Of a stretch of 64,000 bases of DNA, positions 1 to 12,094 are shown piece after piece. Positions within the stretch are counted from its first letter, which is position 1. Every line of letters starts with the position of its first letter. Source of the DNA: Octopus sinensis (lineage: Eukaryota); the NCBI RefSeq assembly GCF_006345805.1, contig NC_043010.1, forward strand, positions 5,642,001 through 5,706,000. The letters run 5' to 3'. The translations under genes and the position numbers were made by a program. The notes beneath the pieces were generated by a model, which was not told the DNA's origin, did not search any database, and worked only from the letters and a program-made list of their open reading frames with translations.

Positions 1-78
1 TGTTAAATTTGAATTTGTGATGTATATATCGTTTATTAACTGTAGTCTTGTTTAATTAAACTAATATAATATAAAAAA

Positions 79-398
79 GGTGGAGGCGCAATGGCCCAGT
101 GGTTAGGGCAGCAGACTCACGGTTGGAGGATCGCGGTTTTGATTCCCAGACCGGGTGTTGTGTGTGTTTATTGAGTGTAAACACCTAAAGCTCCGCGAGG
201 CTCTGGCAGGGGGTGGGGGTGAACCTGTTGTACTCTTTCTGCCCAACTTTCTTCACTCTCTCTTCCTGTTTCTTGAGTAACACTGCGATGGACTGGTGTC
301 TCATTCAGCTAGTGGGGAACACATACACCATAGAAACTGGGAAACCAGGCCCATGAGCCTGGCCAGGCTTGAAAAGGACATATAAATAAATAAATAAA
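79..398 (+). mobile_element. tRNA-headed SINE, group A, tail type A1
   Basis: A box TGGCCCAGTGG, B box GTTTTGATTCC, tail GATGGACTGG...CATGAGCCTGGCCAGGCTT, (TAAA)n end, flanking ATATAAAAAA direct repeat. Confidence 0.85.
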
Positions 399-554
399 TA
401 TAAAAAAGAAAACGTGATTGAAAGAGCATTATAAATGTTAATAATAAACTCCTAATCATATTTCGAGTGAAAGCATAGAAAATAGATATCTACAAAAGAG
501 GTACTAAATACTCAACAAAAGGAGCAAAGAAGCCATATATGATTTTAAAATGTA

Positions 555-668
555 GTGCATCTCCAGAGACTTCAGCATTGCATTTATCTCAATACCGTCA
601 AAGGCAATTTTGTAATCAACAAAGGCAATGCAAAGAGATTATTTATGTTTTATCCCTCATTCTAGAAA
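555..668 (-). mobile_element. RTE-like LINE reverse transcriptase fragment, degenerate
   Basis: Minus strand reads SLCIAFVDYKIAFDGIEINAMLKSL, resembling the AF(V/I)DYEKAFD motif of non-LTR RTs. Confidence 0.6.
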
Positions 669-1499
669 CTGTGTTAGAGTGAAAATGTGGTCTATTATGC
701 TGTAGTGCCTCCAAAAATCTTTGGATTGAAATGTGTGTGTGCATGTTTGTGTGTATATTTATACTCTTCCTTCTGAAGTTAGGATGAATGCTCAGAGAAT
801 TTAAACTTACATTATTTCATATACAAGCAATAACACAAAGGTTTACCCATATCCTCCACTATCTTATTTGTAAGGTTCAAATATGAACTCTTTGGATATC
901 AACGTACCTATCTATGAACAACTATTACAAAGGACTACTCAGATTCACCCCATCTGTGACGTTAGAGTATGAACTTTCAGAATATCTATCTATCTATGAT
1001 TTTCCTGCTTTTCTACCTCGTTATATTTATACCCACTTCTGTATAACTTTTATAAATGCCTTGATGCTATTAACAACTACCTACTTATTTTTTACTTTTT
1101 AATATATTTAGCTGCATATACAGCTATAACATATAGATGCATATGCTTCTACAGCAGGGGTTCTTAACTGAGAATATAGAAATGAAAGGCTTGGAGGCTG
1201 GGATCTGATCTCTAGTAACATGTCGGATTTAATAATGGTATTCAATAATTATACTGAATAAATGATAATTTTGGGGAATTCATATGATCATTATTTTTTG
1301 ATATAATTGCAAAACTGCTTCCCAGTATTTAGCTAAATGATATGTCGTTATGACTGTGTTTAAATTGCTTATCATTTTTATGGTCCATTCAAACATTTTC
1401 ACTGCAGGTGATATCTTCCAGTTCATTCATTTATATTTTCTCGTTAGATAATTGTATCGTTATGGTATAAGATCAAATGGGAATTACACATTCCATTTA

Positions 1500-1731
1500 A
1501 AAAAGCATTCTTTTCTATTTGATCCTCTTTTACTTGTTCCAGTCATTGGATTGCAGCCATGGTGGGGAACCAGTTGAAAAGGGTTTAGTCATGCAGATTA
1601 ACCCCAGTACTTATATTTTTTATAGTCTGGTATATAATGTCAGTCTCTTTTGCCAAACTACTAAGATGTGTGGATGGGGGAGTAAACTAACCAATACAGG
1701 CTGTAAAGCAGTGTTGGAGGACTAACACACA

Positions 1732-1791
<60 letters not shown>

Positions 1792-1900
1792 GCACATGAC
1801 GGGCTTCAACACAGCTTCTGTCTACCAAATTCATTCACACTAAATGTTTGGGCTATAGTAGAAAACATCTATCCAGGTTTGAACCTGAAACCATGAGTTT
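1500..1900 (-). mobile_element. SINE group B, old degenerate copy
   Basis: Diverged match to the B 3' half, internal (CA)n, and the CTACCAAATTC part of the 5' half. Confidence 0.65.
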
Positions 1901-2139
1901 ATATTGAACTTATTATGTGGTGTTAGTTCATTTTTATCTTTACTTTGCTTTCTTTCAAAGTTATTTATCTTCATGCGAAATATCCCAGAAATAATCATAG
2001 CTCCACCTGTGTAACAGAATGGATGGGACCGAAGAACCCCCAGTACAAGATTTTCGATTTGTCATTGACTAAAGGAAATTTAAAGCGCCAGGATTGATAG
2101 AACATAAAATCAAGCAGAGAAATTAAGATGACACCTTGA

Positions 2140-2558
2140 TTACTCTTTACTCTTTTTACTCTTTTACTTGTTTCAGTCATTTGACTTTGGCCATGCTGGA
2201 GCACCGTCTTTAGTCGAGCAAATTGATCCCAGGACTTATTCTTTATAAGCCCAGTACTTATTCTATCGGTGTCTTTTGCCGAACCGCTAAGTTACGGGGA
2301 CGTAAAAACACCAGCATCAGTTGTCAAGCAATGCTAGGGGGACAAACACAGACACACAAACACACACACACATACATATATATATACATATATACGACGG
2401 GCTTCTTTCAGTTTCCGTCTACCAAATCCACTCACAAGGCATTGGTCGGCCCGGTGCTATAGCAGAAGACACTTGCCTAAGATGCCACGCAGTGCGACTG
2501 AACCCGGAACCATGTGGTTGATTAGCAAGCTACTTACCACACAGCCACTCCTGCGCCT
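2140..2558 (-). mobile_element. SINE group B, full length
   Basis: Head GGCGCAGGAGTGGCTGTGTGGTAAG, B box GGTTCAGTC, internal TA/TG microsatellite, (AAAAGAGT)n tail. Confidence 0.9.
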
Positions 2559-2699
2559 ATTGATGATTTTCAGTTAAAAAGAATTATTTGTGATTAGAAA
2601 GGAATGCTTTCATTATTGTAGACTTTCCCCTGCTGATAAACCTCTATAGACAGCCTATCACACACTTTCATAAATGATTGCAAAAGAATAGAAGCTCAC

Positions 2700-2910
2700 C
2701 ATCATCATTTAACGTCCGTTTTCCATGCTAGCATGGGTTGGACGGTTCAACCGGGGTCTGGTAAGCCATGGAGGCTGCACCAAGCTCCAGTCTGGTTTGG
2801 CAGTGTTACTACAGCTGGATGCTCTTCCGTGAGTGTAGTGGGTGTTTTTTACATGCCACTGGCACAGGGGCCAGAGCAGGCTGGCAAATGGCCATGATCG
2901 GTTGGTGCTT
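2700..2910 (-). mobile_element. RTE-type retroposon 3' end (family D)
   Basis: Minus strand ends GGAAAACGGACGTTAAATGATGAT; same family at 39625, 40587 and 42914. Confidence 0.65.
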
Positions 2911-3384
2911 TTACGTGTCACAATTAGAAGAAACAAAACGAAGTTTAGTCTTCTGAAGATGGTTAAAATCATGCAAGGAAAGAATGACTATGAAGTGATT
3001 GAATCTGGTGCCTTTGTCCAAAGAATTTTAAAGGCATGAGTCAAGACATATCAACTCAAATTACCAATGAGATTAACAACAGTTCTGCAGTTATCACATG
3101 TATTTTTCTCTGAATCAACTGACATTTCAAACATCAGTCAATAACTTTATATTTATATGCTAGGTTCATGAAAAGAACATCAAGGAAAAGTTTATATTCT
3201 GTGATTTACTTAATGCAACAACCAAAATAAACCAATAGAGACGTAGTTTATTTCACATGAAATACAAAAAAAAATGTCTGTAAAATTTAATGATATCCCC
3301 TGACACAAACACTTGCAATACAACAACATGCACATAAACACAGATGCACATGTGCATATGCATAAACACATACTCATATACACA

Positions 3385-3545
3385 GACGCAGGAGTGGCTG
3401 TTGGTAAGTAGCTTGCTAACCAACCACATGGTCCCGGGTTCAGTCCCACTGCGTGGCATCTTGGGCAAGTGTCTTCTGCTATAGCCCCGGGCCGACCAAT
3501 GCCTTGTGAGTGGATTTGGTAGACGGAAACTGAAAGAAGACTGTC

Positions 3546-3588
<43 letters not shown>

Positions 3589-3815
3589 TGTGTGTGTTTG
3601 TGTGTATGTGTTTGTCCCCCTAGCATTGCTTGACAACCGATGCTGGTGTGTTTATGTCCCCGTTACTTAGCGGTTGGCAAAAGAGACTGATAGAATAAAT
3701 ACTAGGCTTACAAAGAATAAGTCCCGGGGTCGATTTGCTCGACTAAAGGCGGTGCTCCAGCATGGCCGCAGTCAAATGACTGAAACAAGTAAAAGAGAAA
3801 AGAGAGAGTAAAGAG
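3385..3815 (+). mobile_element. SINE group B, full length
   Basis: Colinear with the other B copies, (TA)n at 3547-3586. Confidence 0.9.
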
Positions 3816-4044
3816 AGACAAATACACACACACACACACACACGCACACAAACTCATGCATGTACATACATAAACACCCACCCACGCGCATGCACACTCG
3901 CACACGCACTTCTCATTCTGTAATGACACTAAACGGAAAGCAGAATGATCTTTCCTGTTATGATTCAGGAATATTTAACACATCCTGGTGCATTACTCCT
4001 GACACGTGTGTCGAAAATCATCATTTGTTTGCACATAGAGTGAG

Positions 4045-4276
4045 ACTCTTTTACTCTCTTTTACTCTCTTTTACTTGTTTCAGTCATTTGACTGCGGCCA
4101 TGCTAGAGCACCGCCTTTAATCGAGCAAATCGACCCCGGGACTTATTCTTTTGTAAGCCCAGTACTTATTCTATCAGTCTCTTTTGCCGGACCGCTAAGT
4201 AACAGGGACATAAACACACCAGCATCGGTTGTCAAGCAATGCTAGGGGGACAAACACAGACACACAAACACACACA

Positions 4277-4345
<69 letters not shown>

Positions 4346-4510
4346 TACGACGGGCTTCTTTCAGTTTCCGTCTACCAAATTCACTCACAAGGCTTTGATC
4401 GGCCCGAGGCTATAGTAGAAGACACTTGCCTAAGGTGCCATGCAGTGGGACTGAACCCGGAACCATGTGGTTGGTAAACAAGCTACTTACCACACAGCCA
4501 CTCCTGCGCC
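4045..4510 (-). mobile_element. SINE group B, full length
   Basis: Colinear with the other B copies. Confidence 0.9.
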
Positions 4511-4778
4511 TGAATGAAAAAAAAGCAGGAAATTGTGTTTAGCTAATATCAAAATGTGAAAAATTATCAAATTATACTTTGAATTTCATGCCTTAAATTA
4601 TAATTTTACAATGAATTAAAAATCATTGAAAAATATTTAATAATTAATTTTTATAGTTTTAGTGTAAGTAGTTACTGAATACTTTACCTGAGCAGAGAGC
4701 ATGTCCCTGGTACAATACCATATTCCTTGTGATGTATTTAAACCAATCCAAATTTTACTTTGGTCAAAGAGAAAGTTC

Positions 4779-4925
4779 CACATACATACATACATACATA
4801 CATACATACATACATACATACATACATACATACATTCATACATACATACATACTACATACATACATACATACAACATACATACACACGCACACACACATG
4901 CACACACATACATACATACATGCAT
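4779..4925. repeat. (ATAC)n / (AC)n microsatellite
   Basis: Directly visible tandem ATAC. Confidence 0.95.
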
Positions 4926-4977
4926 GCAGTCACCCCCTCCACACACACACATGTATATATATTATGTATAAGGAGTA

Positions 4978-5235
4978 GAGACCTGGATACCTTGTCGTAG
5001 GCATATCAATCAGCTGAATAACTTTCATATGAGCTGTCTCAGGCAAATATGCTAGCTTGGGTGGGATGATAAAGTGAAGAATAGCACTATCCTGGAAATA
5101 TGTGGAATATCCAGTCTCAAATGCAATGGGGTGGATACACCCTCGGCATGAATTGTGATCAAATGCCAAAACAAATCTTTTACAGTCGGTTTGTAAATTC
5201 ATGACAAAATGTAGGCTGGTCACTTCAATAGTATT
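4978..5235 (+). mobile_element. RTE-like LINE ORF2 C-terminal fragment, with stops
   Basis: Reads ETWIPCRRHINQLNNFHMSCLRQIC*LGWDDKVKNSTILE, matching the ETW...FH..CLR.I..I.W.DKV.N pattern of RTE elements. Confidence 0.7.
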
Positions 5236-5244
5236 ATTAATTAA

Positions 5245-5629
5245 TGGCACTCCGTTGGTTAACGATGACGAGGGTTCCAGTTGACCCGATCAATGGATCA
5301 GCCTGCTCGTGAAATTAATGTGCAAGTAAACTGAGCACTTCACAGATATGTGTACCCTTAATGTAGTTCTTGGGAGAGATTCAGTGTGACACAGAGTGTG
5401 ACAAGGCTGGCCCCTTTGAAATACAGGCACAACAGAAACAGGAAGATAGAGTGAAAGAAAGTTGTGGTGAAAGAGTACAGCAGGGTTCACCACTACCCCC
5501 TGCTGGAGCCTCATGGAAATTTAGGTATTTTTGCTCAATAAACACTCACAATGCCCTGTCTGGGAATCGAAACTGCAATCCTACGACCGTGAGTCCGCTG
5601 TCCTAACAACTGGGCCATTGCGCCTCCAC
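5245..5629 (-). mobile_element. SINE group A, tail type A2, inserted in the RTE fragment
   Basis: Reverse complement of the 16831 and 32693 copies. Confidence 0.85.
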
Positions 5630-5634
5630 ACTCC

Positions 5635-5750
5635 TACAGTATACAGACAAGTTAAAAGATAATTTAAACACCTCAGTATTAGGAAAGAAAACTTTGAAAA
5701 CTTTGTGAGAAACCGTGCAGACTGGAGTACTTTTTCCAGTTTCAGAATTT
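5635..5750 (+). mobile_element. Continuation of the RTE fragment after the SINE
   Basis: Reads FKHLSIRKENFENFVRNRADWST, similar to the RTE C-terminal W/FE..A.DR..WR stretch. Confidence 0.45.
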
Positions 5751-6093
5751 CGAAACCTAAAGGGTACAACATCAAGAGCAGTTTATAGGAAAACTGGAAA
5801 AGAAACCAATAGAGCGACAGTCTTCATGCAAACAACAATTGACCACGTTGGGATTTCTTAGTTAGATCACATGCTGGCTTAATAAGTCATGCTCATATCA
5901 ATATTTCTTTTGGTGGCCTGAAGACACCTGTGAGAAGTCACCAGGTGAAGTGAAGGAAGCATAAACATTGGGGAATGGTAACAATAGTAATGTGAGTGTG
6001 TTGTTGACTGCCTAATTTCTTCTCACTGAAGTCATTTATATATATATATATAGTTGAAATTTACAGAAAAACAACAGATGAAGATAATGTATG

Positions 6094-6139
<46 letters not shown>

Positions 6140-6142
<3 letters not shown>

Positions 6143-6345
6143 CAAAAGAGACCAATAGAATAAGTACTAGGCTTACAAAGAATAAATCCTGGAGTCAATT
6201 TGCTTGACTAAAAGCAGTGCTCCAACATGGCCACAGTCAAATTACTGAAATAAATAAAAGAATAAAAGAATATATGTATATATATGCCAACAGGCTTCTT
6301 TCAGTTTCTGCCCAAAAAATCCACTCAAAGGTTTTGGCTGGCCTG
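6140..6345 (+). mobile_element. SINE group B fragments
   Basis: B 3' half on plus, followed by a short minus-strand 5'-half piece. Confidence 0.7.
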
Positions 6346-6774
6346 ATTATCCATATATAAATCAAATCAACTGTTTTAGTGTCTTTTGAAGTCAAATTAT
6401 TATTTAAATAGAACTGATATAATATTCATGATGATTTCAACAACATAATGAAAGGGATATGGTGCCATATGGACAAACTTTTGGATGTCTGAATTCAGGA
6501 ATTGGAAATACCCTTGATTTGCAGGAATAAAAAATCCAGATCTGTAAAAATATATTTTTAAAAATCTCTTAAGTCTGTTGTAACTGCATACACATGTAAA
6601 AAAACAGAAACACTTATTCAAAATGATATACTCATTTTTAAATTTTATACAGTTGTATTTATGTAACTTTATTATTCATATACACACACATATATGTGTA
6701 AAGTTAGATTAAAATCAGTCTCAAACCTAAGTTCATCAGACTGGAGCTTATGGCAATTTATATAGCATTTCAGT

Positions 6775-7256
6775 CCCTCTAGATACCAACACACCTTGAG
6801 ACTGCCCTTAGTTCTACGATACAAACTTCCTGTTTTAAATTACTTTAATTCAAACCTTCCATCACAGTTTCGTGTTAATCTATGCCCCAAACACTAGTGT
6901 AATAATGACAAAGTTATTTTACTGACTGCTACATTGTCATCAAAATTGAGAGAAAGTATTTCTTTACTACCCACAGGGGGTTAAACACAGAGGGGACAAA
7001 CAAGGACAGACAAACGGATTAAGTGGATTACATCAACCCCAGTGCGTATCTGGTACTTAATTTATCGACCCCAAAAGGATGAAAGGCAAAGTCGACCTCG
7101 GCGTAATTTGAACCTAGAACGTAACAGCAGACGAAATACGGCTACGCATTTCGCCCGGCGTGCTAACGTTTCTGCCAGCTCGCCGCCTTAGTGAATGACA
7201 TTGATTGGAAAGGCAGTATATTTTAACAGAATTATGGTAAAAAAAAAAAGGGTTAA
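6775..7256. mobile_element. piggyBac-type MITE interrupted by a SINE C
   Basis: Similar to 54872-55091; right end AAAGGG-TTAA at about 7247-7256, left end decayed. Confidence 0.5.
6956..7190 (-). mobile_element. SINE group C, full length
   Basis: Head GGCGGCGAGCTGGCAGAAAC, core GCCTTTCATCCTTTTGGGGTCGATAAATTAAGTACCAG, end AAAGAAATA. Confidence 0.9.
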
Positions 7257-7825
7257 GAATATAAGACCTGCCTTGAACAGGACATTACTCTGTTGCAGTT
7301 AATCTCTCCCACCCCTGCTATTACTGGTAAGCATTTTCAGTTGAGTTTACAGGAAGGGCTTTTGCACAGTTTTTGTCTGCCAAATTTCACTCAGAAGGTA
7401 TTTTAAATTCAAGGTTCTGATAGAAAATACCAGTACAGGGTGTTGCACAATGGCATCAGACTTGGGACCCTGTGCAAAGAGAACTTCTTAACTACAAAGA
7501 TGTAATCACAAAACAACAATGTCATGGCAAAGAGGGTAAAGTACCAGAGTCTTTTTGTATTTAATCATAGTTATGTGTCATAGAAGGTTCCTGTGGAACC
7601 ATTTGATTTTAGATCCAATTCTACTATGTAGCACCTTGGGCAAGTGTCTTTTACAACAGCCCTGAGCTGACTAATACCTTATGAGTGAAATTAGATGATG
7701 GAAACTGTGTGGAAGCCTGTCATGCATGTGTTTGTGTGTGTGTGTGTATGTGCATATCCATATATGTATATTCATATATCTATACATCTCTCTCTCTCTC
7801 GATATATGTATATATAGAGGGATAG

Positions 7826-7859
<34 letters not shown>

Positions 7860-8379
7860 AAAGAGATAGATACACTCACACACACACACAAATTTACATG
7901 ATACTTATTCACTTATTTATTCACAAGGTGTATATATCTGCTGAAACATCGTGTAAGAATACTGATGAATGTTTAATATTATCATGAGATTACTGTTGAT
8001 TAAAACACTAAAATGAGGTACATCTAGTGATATTATTAATATGATTGACTCATAAAAATCATTTTTCACAATCTCCTATGCCAAAAAAAAAAAAAAATCA
8101 TGGAAAAGAATATAAATCGTATCATCTAAATCAAGTTATGGTAAAGTGATAAGAGCTTCTTGTAGTGTGGGTCAATGGGTAATGTTGACAAGTCTTCATC
8201 TAATAGTTTAAAGCAGACACAAAAGATGAATTGCTTTCTTTTCTTATGATGCAGCTGCCGCTGGAGGCTGAATTAACTCTACATTATTCTCAACATCATA
8301 CGTTTTGTTCGGTGTAACTGATTCAGTAAATTTTATTTAGAAAACTTTTCTTTTTAAAAAGCTTTAGAGAAGAACAACT

Positions 8380-8770
8380 GCATTCAAAAGTTGAGGGGGT
8401 TTTCATATGAATGAAGAAGGGTCCAGTAGTTTTCACGGGGATTTTTTTAATGTGTAATGTAGTTTTATTTACAAAAGATATTAGAAGTAAAGTTTTATGA
8501 AAGGAGCTATTAGAACTTTCAAAAGTTGAGGGTTTTATGTGAATAATGAAGAGATCGGTTAGTTTCCACGGGATTTCTTAAAGTGCGATGTAGTTATATT
8601 AACAAGAGTCTAGATAAGTAAACTTTTATGAAAGGAGCTGTTAGAAATTTCAAAAGATGAGGTTTCAATATGTATAATGCTGAGCCTAGTAGTTTTTATA
8701 GGACTTCTAAATGTATGATGTAATCTTATTCACAAAAGTTTTGATAAGTAAACTCTTTTATGAAAGAAGC
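8380..8770. repeat. Three diverged tandem units of 131-135 bp
   Basis: TTCAAAAG(T/A)TGAGG at 8383, 8518 and 8649; AAGTAAA.TTTTATGAAAG recurs with the same period. Confidence 0.8.
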
Positions 8771-9003
8771 AAGGTGGCATAAGTTCACAAAAATTTGCAA
8801 TAAATTTTAAACAATGTTTCTATGGTAATTCTCTGTTGAAACTGATTGAATTTTGCTTGTACTTGACTAGTGCAAATGACAATTAAAGAAATAAGAAGGT
8901 AATGTTAATTAATGAATCAGCTTTGAATAAATATGAAAAAGATAATGAGATTATGTCTTTCTTGTATCTCTAGTTACTTTTTAAAAGATTTATTTATCTG
9001 TGA

Positions 9004-9066
9004 TATACATGAAAATATACATGAAAATATACATGAAAATATACATGAAAATATACATGAAAATAT
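9004..9066. repeat. 12-bp tandem repeat (ATATACATGAAA) x5
   Basis: Directly visible. Confidence 0.9.
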
Positions 9067-10012
9067 GTAATTATATACATTCATTCATGAATACATGTTT
9101 ATTCATGTACTTGTTCATGGGATTACTTATATCTTGAAATATATATATACATCTTCAAATAATACACACATTAAATTCATGTATATGTAGATGTTTGTGT
9201 ATGTATTGGTGTAGGTGTGTTTTTTTGTATGTATATTTAAAAGTTGTAATTTTTATTTCTATGCTTTCATTAAATATATACTTTGATATGTTTTTCTCTC
9301 TTAATCTGTCATAAGTATTTTAAGCATCTACATCTATATCTTATCAAAGTAAAATCCAAGAAGCCATTGCTCTAATCACATATAAGAACTTAGACAAATA
9401 TTAAAAAATAAAGATGCTTAAATTTGCTCTAAATTGTTGATAGCAAGGCTACCATACAAATGATCTGATGCTGGAGAAGTAATGGGAAGGTGACAGTTCC
9501 ACAGTTATCTTTCATCAAACCTTTTCAAATTTATCAGTATTAGATTAGAGCATATGAAAAGCTAACAAGCTGTTCATATACTTACCATAATTAAACAGGA
9601 ATTTTTGTAAATCTCAATAAGCTTATATGAACCAAGGATGTCAAGATTATGTTGTACCTCAATACACGTAATTAGATATTTGAAAATATAAAAATATAGA
9701 ATTTCATAGTTCATTTGAATTCTATAAGTTCAAGTCCTTCTTAATTTCAACTGCTAATATTTTTATATCATTTCTTTTTTCTGTTACATTATATAATGTA
9801 ACATAGCATACCATCGTTATAAAGACAGTGCAATGCAATGTAAAGAAAATTCCTCTGCTCTTCCTTACAGGTTAGGTTGAACAACTACATTAGTCTCTGA
9901 GTCTTTCTTGGATCATTAAAATAACTTCAAATAACAAAATCACCTTTTTACCACAAACACAGAATTCATGATTATTTTCTGTAAAGTCTAACATCAATTT
10001 CAAAGAAAGAAA

Positions 10013-10241
10013 TCTATTTCTTTACTGCCCACAAGGGGCTAAACATAGAGGGGACAAACAAGGACAGACAAACGGATTAAGTTGATTATATCGACCCCAG
10101 TGCGTAACTGGTACTTATTTAATCGACCCTGAAAGGATGAAAGGCAAAGTCGACCTCGGCGGAATTTGAACTCAGAACATAACGACAGACGAAATACCAC
10201 TAAGCATTTTGCTCAGCGTGCTAACGTTTCTGCCAGCTCAA
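10013..10241 (-). mobile_element. SINE group C
   Basis: Colinear with the 6956 copy. Confidence 0.9.
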
Positions 10242-10464
10242 GCCAATAAACATGCTAGAAATACCAGTCAAATTTACTTCAAAACATGTCCTCCCACCTC
10301 TGAAAGATAACAGATTAAGTCATGGAATTCATGATGCGTTGTATCAGGGAAGGTGTTATGGTTTGAGCATCCTTGATTAATTGTTCATATGAGGAGAGTT
10401 AACCTGGGAATAATTAACAATGATAATGATTTCAAAAATTGGCTCTTGGCCAGAAATTCTAAAG

Positions 10465-10885
10465 GAAAGGGTTAAGTCGATTACTTTGACCCCAGTGCTC
10501 ACTTGGTACTTATTTTAAAGGCGGCGAGCTGGCAGAAACGTTAGCACGCCGGGCGAAATGCTTAGCGGTATTTCGTCTGCACTACGTTGTGAGTTCAAAT
10601 TCCGCCGAGGTCGACTTTGCATTTCATCCTTTCGGGGTCGATAAATTAAGTACCAGTTATGCACTGGGGTCAATGTAATCTACTTAATATCTATGTCTGT
10701 CCTTGTTTGTCCGCTCTGTGTTTAGCCCCTTGTGGGTAATAAAGAAATAGGTACTTATTTTATTGACCCCTAAGAAGATGAAAGATAAACATTGGTGGAA
10801 TTTGAACTCAGAATGTAAAGATGAACAAAATGCTGCCAAGCATTTTGCCTGGTGTGCTAACAATTCTGCCAACTCGCTACCTTTA
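10465..10885 (-). mobile_element. Old SINE C-like host copy split by a younger SINE C
   Basis: Halves at 10465-10517 and 10750-10885 join into one element. Confidence 0.75.
10518..10749 (+). mobile_element. SINE group C, young, with 13-bp TSD
   Basis: GGTACTTATTTTA at 10505-10517 and 10750-10762. Confidence 0.9.
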
Positions 10886-11136
10886 TAATTCACAATAATA
10901 ATAAGGGGAGTTTAGGGAACAGTTTGATATCACAGTGACAGTAATAATAAGGAAATATTATACAACGTTTTGATATTAGTGTAACACTGATAACAAACTA
11001 ATTTTATATATAACAGTTTGATATTAATGTAACTGTAGTTACAAAGATAGTTTATATCAATGCCAACATATTTTTTCCTTGTATCACCTGTTTATCAAAG
11101 TCAAATTGATAATTAATGTTGATTTTTTCCTTTTGT

Positions 11137-11344
11137 TTCTTTCTTTTCTTTTTCTTTTTCTTGTTTCAGTCATTTGACTGCGGCCATGCTGGAGCACCGC
11201 CTTTAGTCGAGCAAATCGACCCCAGGACTTATTCTTTGTAAGTCCAGTACTTATTCTATCGATCTCTTTTGCTGAACCGCTAAGTGACGGGGACGTAAAC
11301 ACACCAGCATTGGTTGCCAAGCAATGCTAGGGGGACAAAAACAG

Positions 11345-11409
<65 letters not shown>

Positions 11410-11576
11410 AATACGACAGGCTTCTTTCAGTTTCCGTCTACCAAATCTACTCACAAGGCATTGGTCGGCGCGGGGCTATAGCAGAAGACACTTGCCCAAG
11501 ATGCCACGCAGTGGGACTGAACCCGGAACCATGTGGTTGGTTAGCAAGCTACTTACCACACAGCCACTCCTGTGCC
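11137..11576 (-). mobile_element. SINE group B, full length
   Basis: Colinear with the other B copies. Confidence 0.9.
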
Positions 11577-11722
11577 TATCTCTTTGCTTTTCAAGGTGGT
11601 TCCCCGACATGGCTGCAATCCAATGACTGACACAAAAGATATACAGATATAGATGTATAACAGTTTGATATCATTATATTTCAAGATGGTAATTTTTTCG
11701 TTTTGTTTTTGTTTTCTTATTG

Positions 11723-11812
11723 CCCTAACCCTAACCCTAACCCGAACCCTAACCCGAACCCTAACCCGAACCCTAACCCGAACCCTAACCCGAACCCTAA
11801 CCCGAACCCTAA
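11723..11812. repeat. Interstitial telomere-like repeat (CCCTAA/CCCGAA)n
   Basis: Three CCCTAA units, then alternating CCCGAA and CCCTAA. Confidence 0.9.
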
Positions 11813-12094
11813 TCCAAATGAACATATGCATTATAGATTCATTCTTCACTTTGATATCAATTTAACTGTAATAAAAAGGAGAGCTTATATAGCAAGTAGT
11901 CAAATATCTAATCAACTGGACTATGAGGCTCATTGAATTAGAATGTAAATGGTTGAGTATTCCACAGACTTGTGTAGCCTTTATGTAATTCTGAGGTGGA
12001 ATTAGTGTGATTTTGTGTGGACCTTCACATTACAGGCACAAGCCATTCGATATGCTTCCATAAAGTTTTCTTCTACCCAGTTTCAACCACTATT

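Noticed and set aside
11723-11812. True telomere or chromosome end
   Set aside because: Only about 90 bp, internal, half variant units, with ordinary sequence on both sides.
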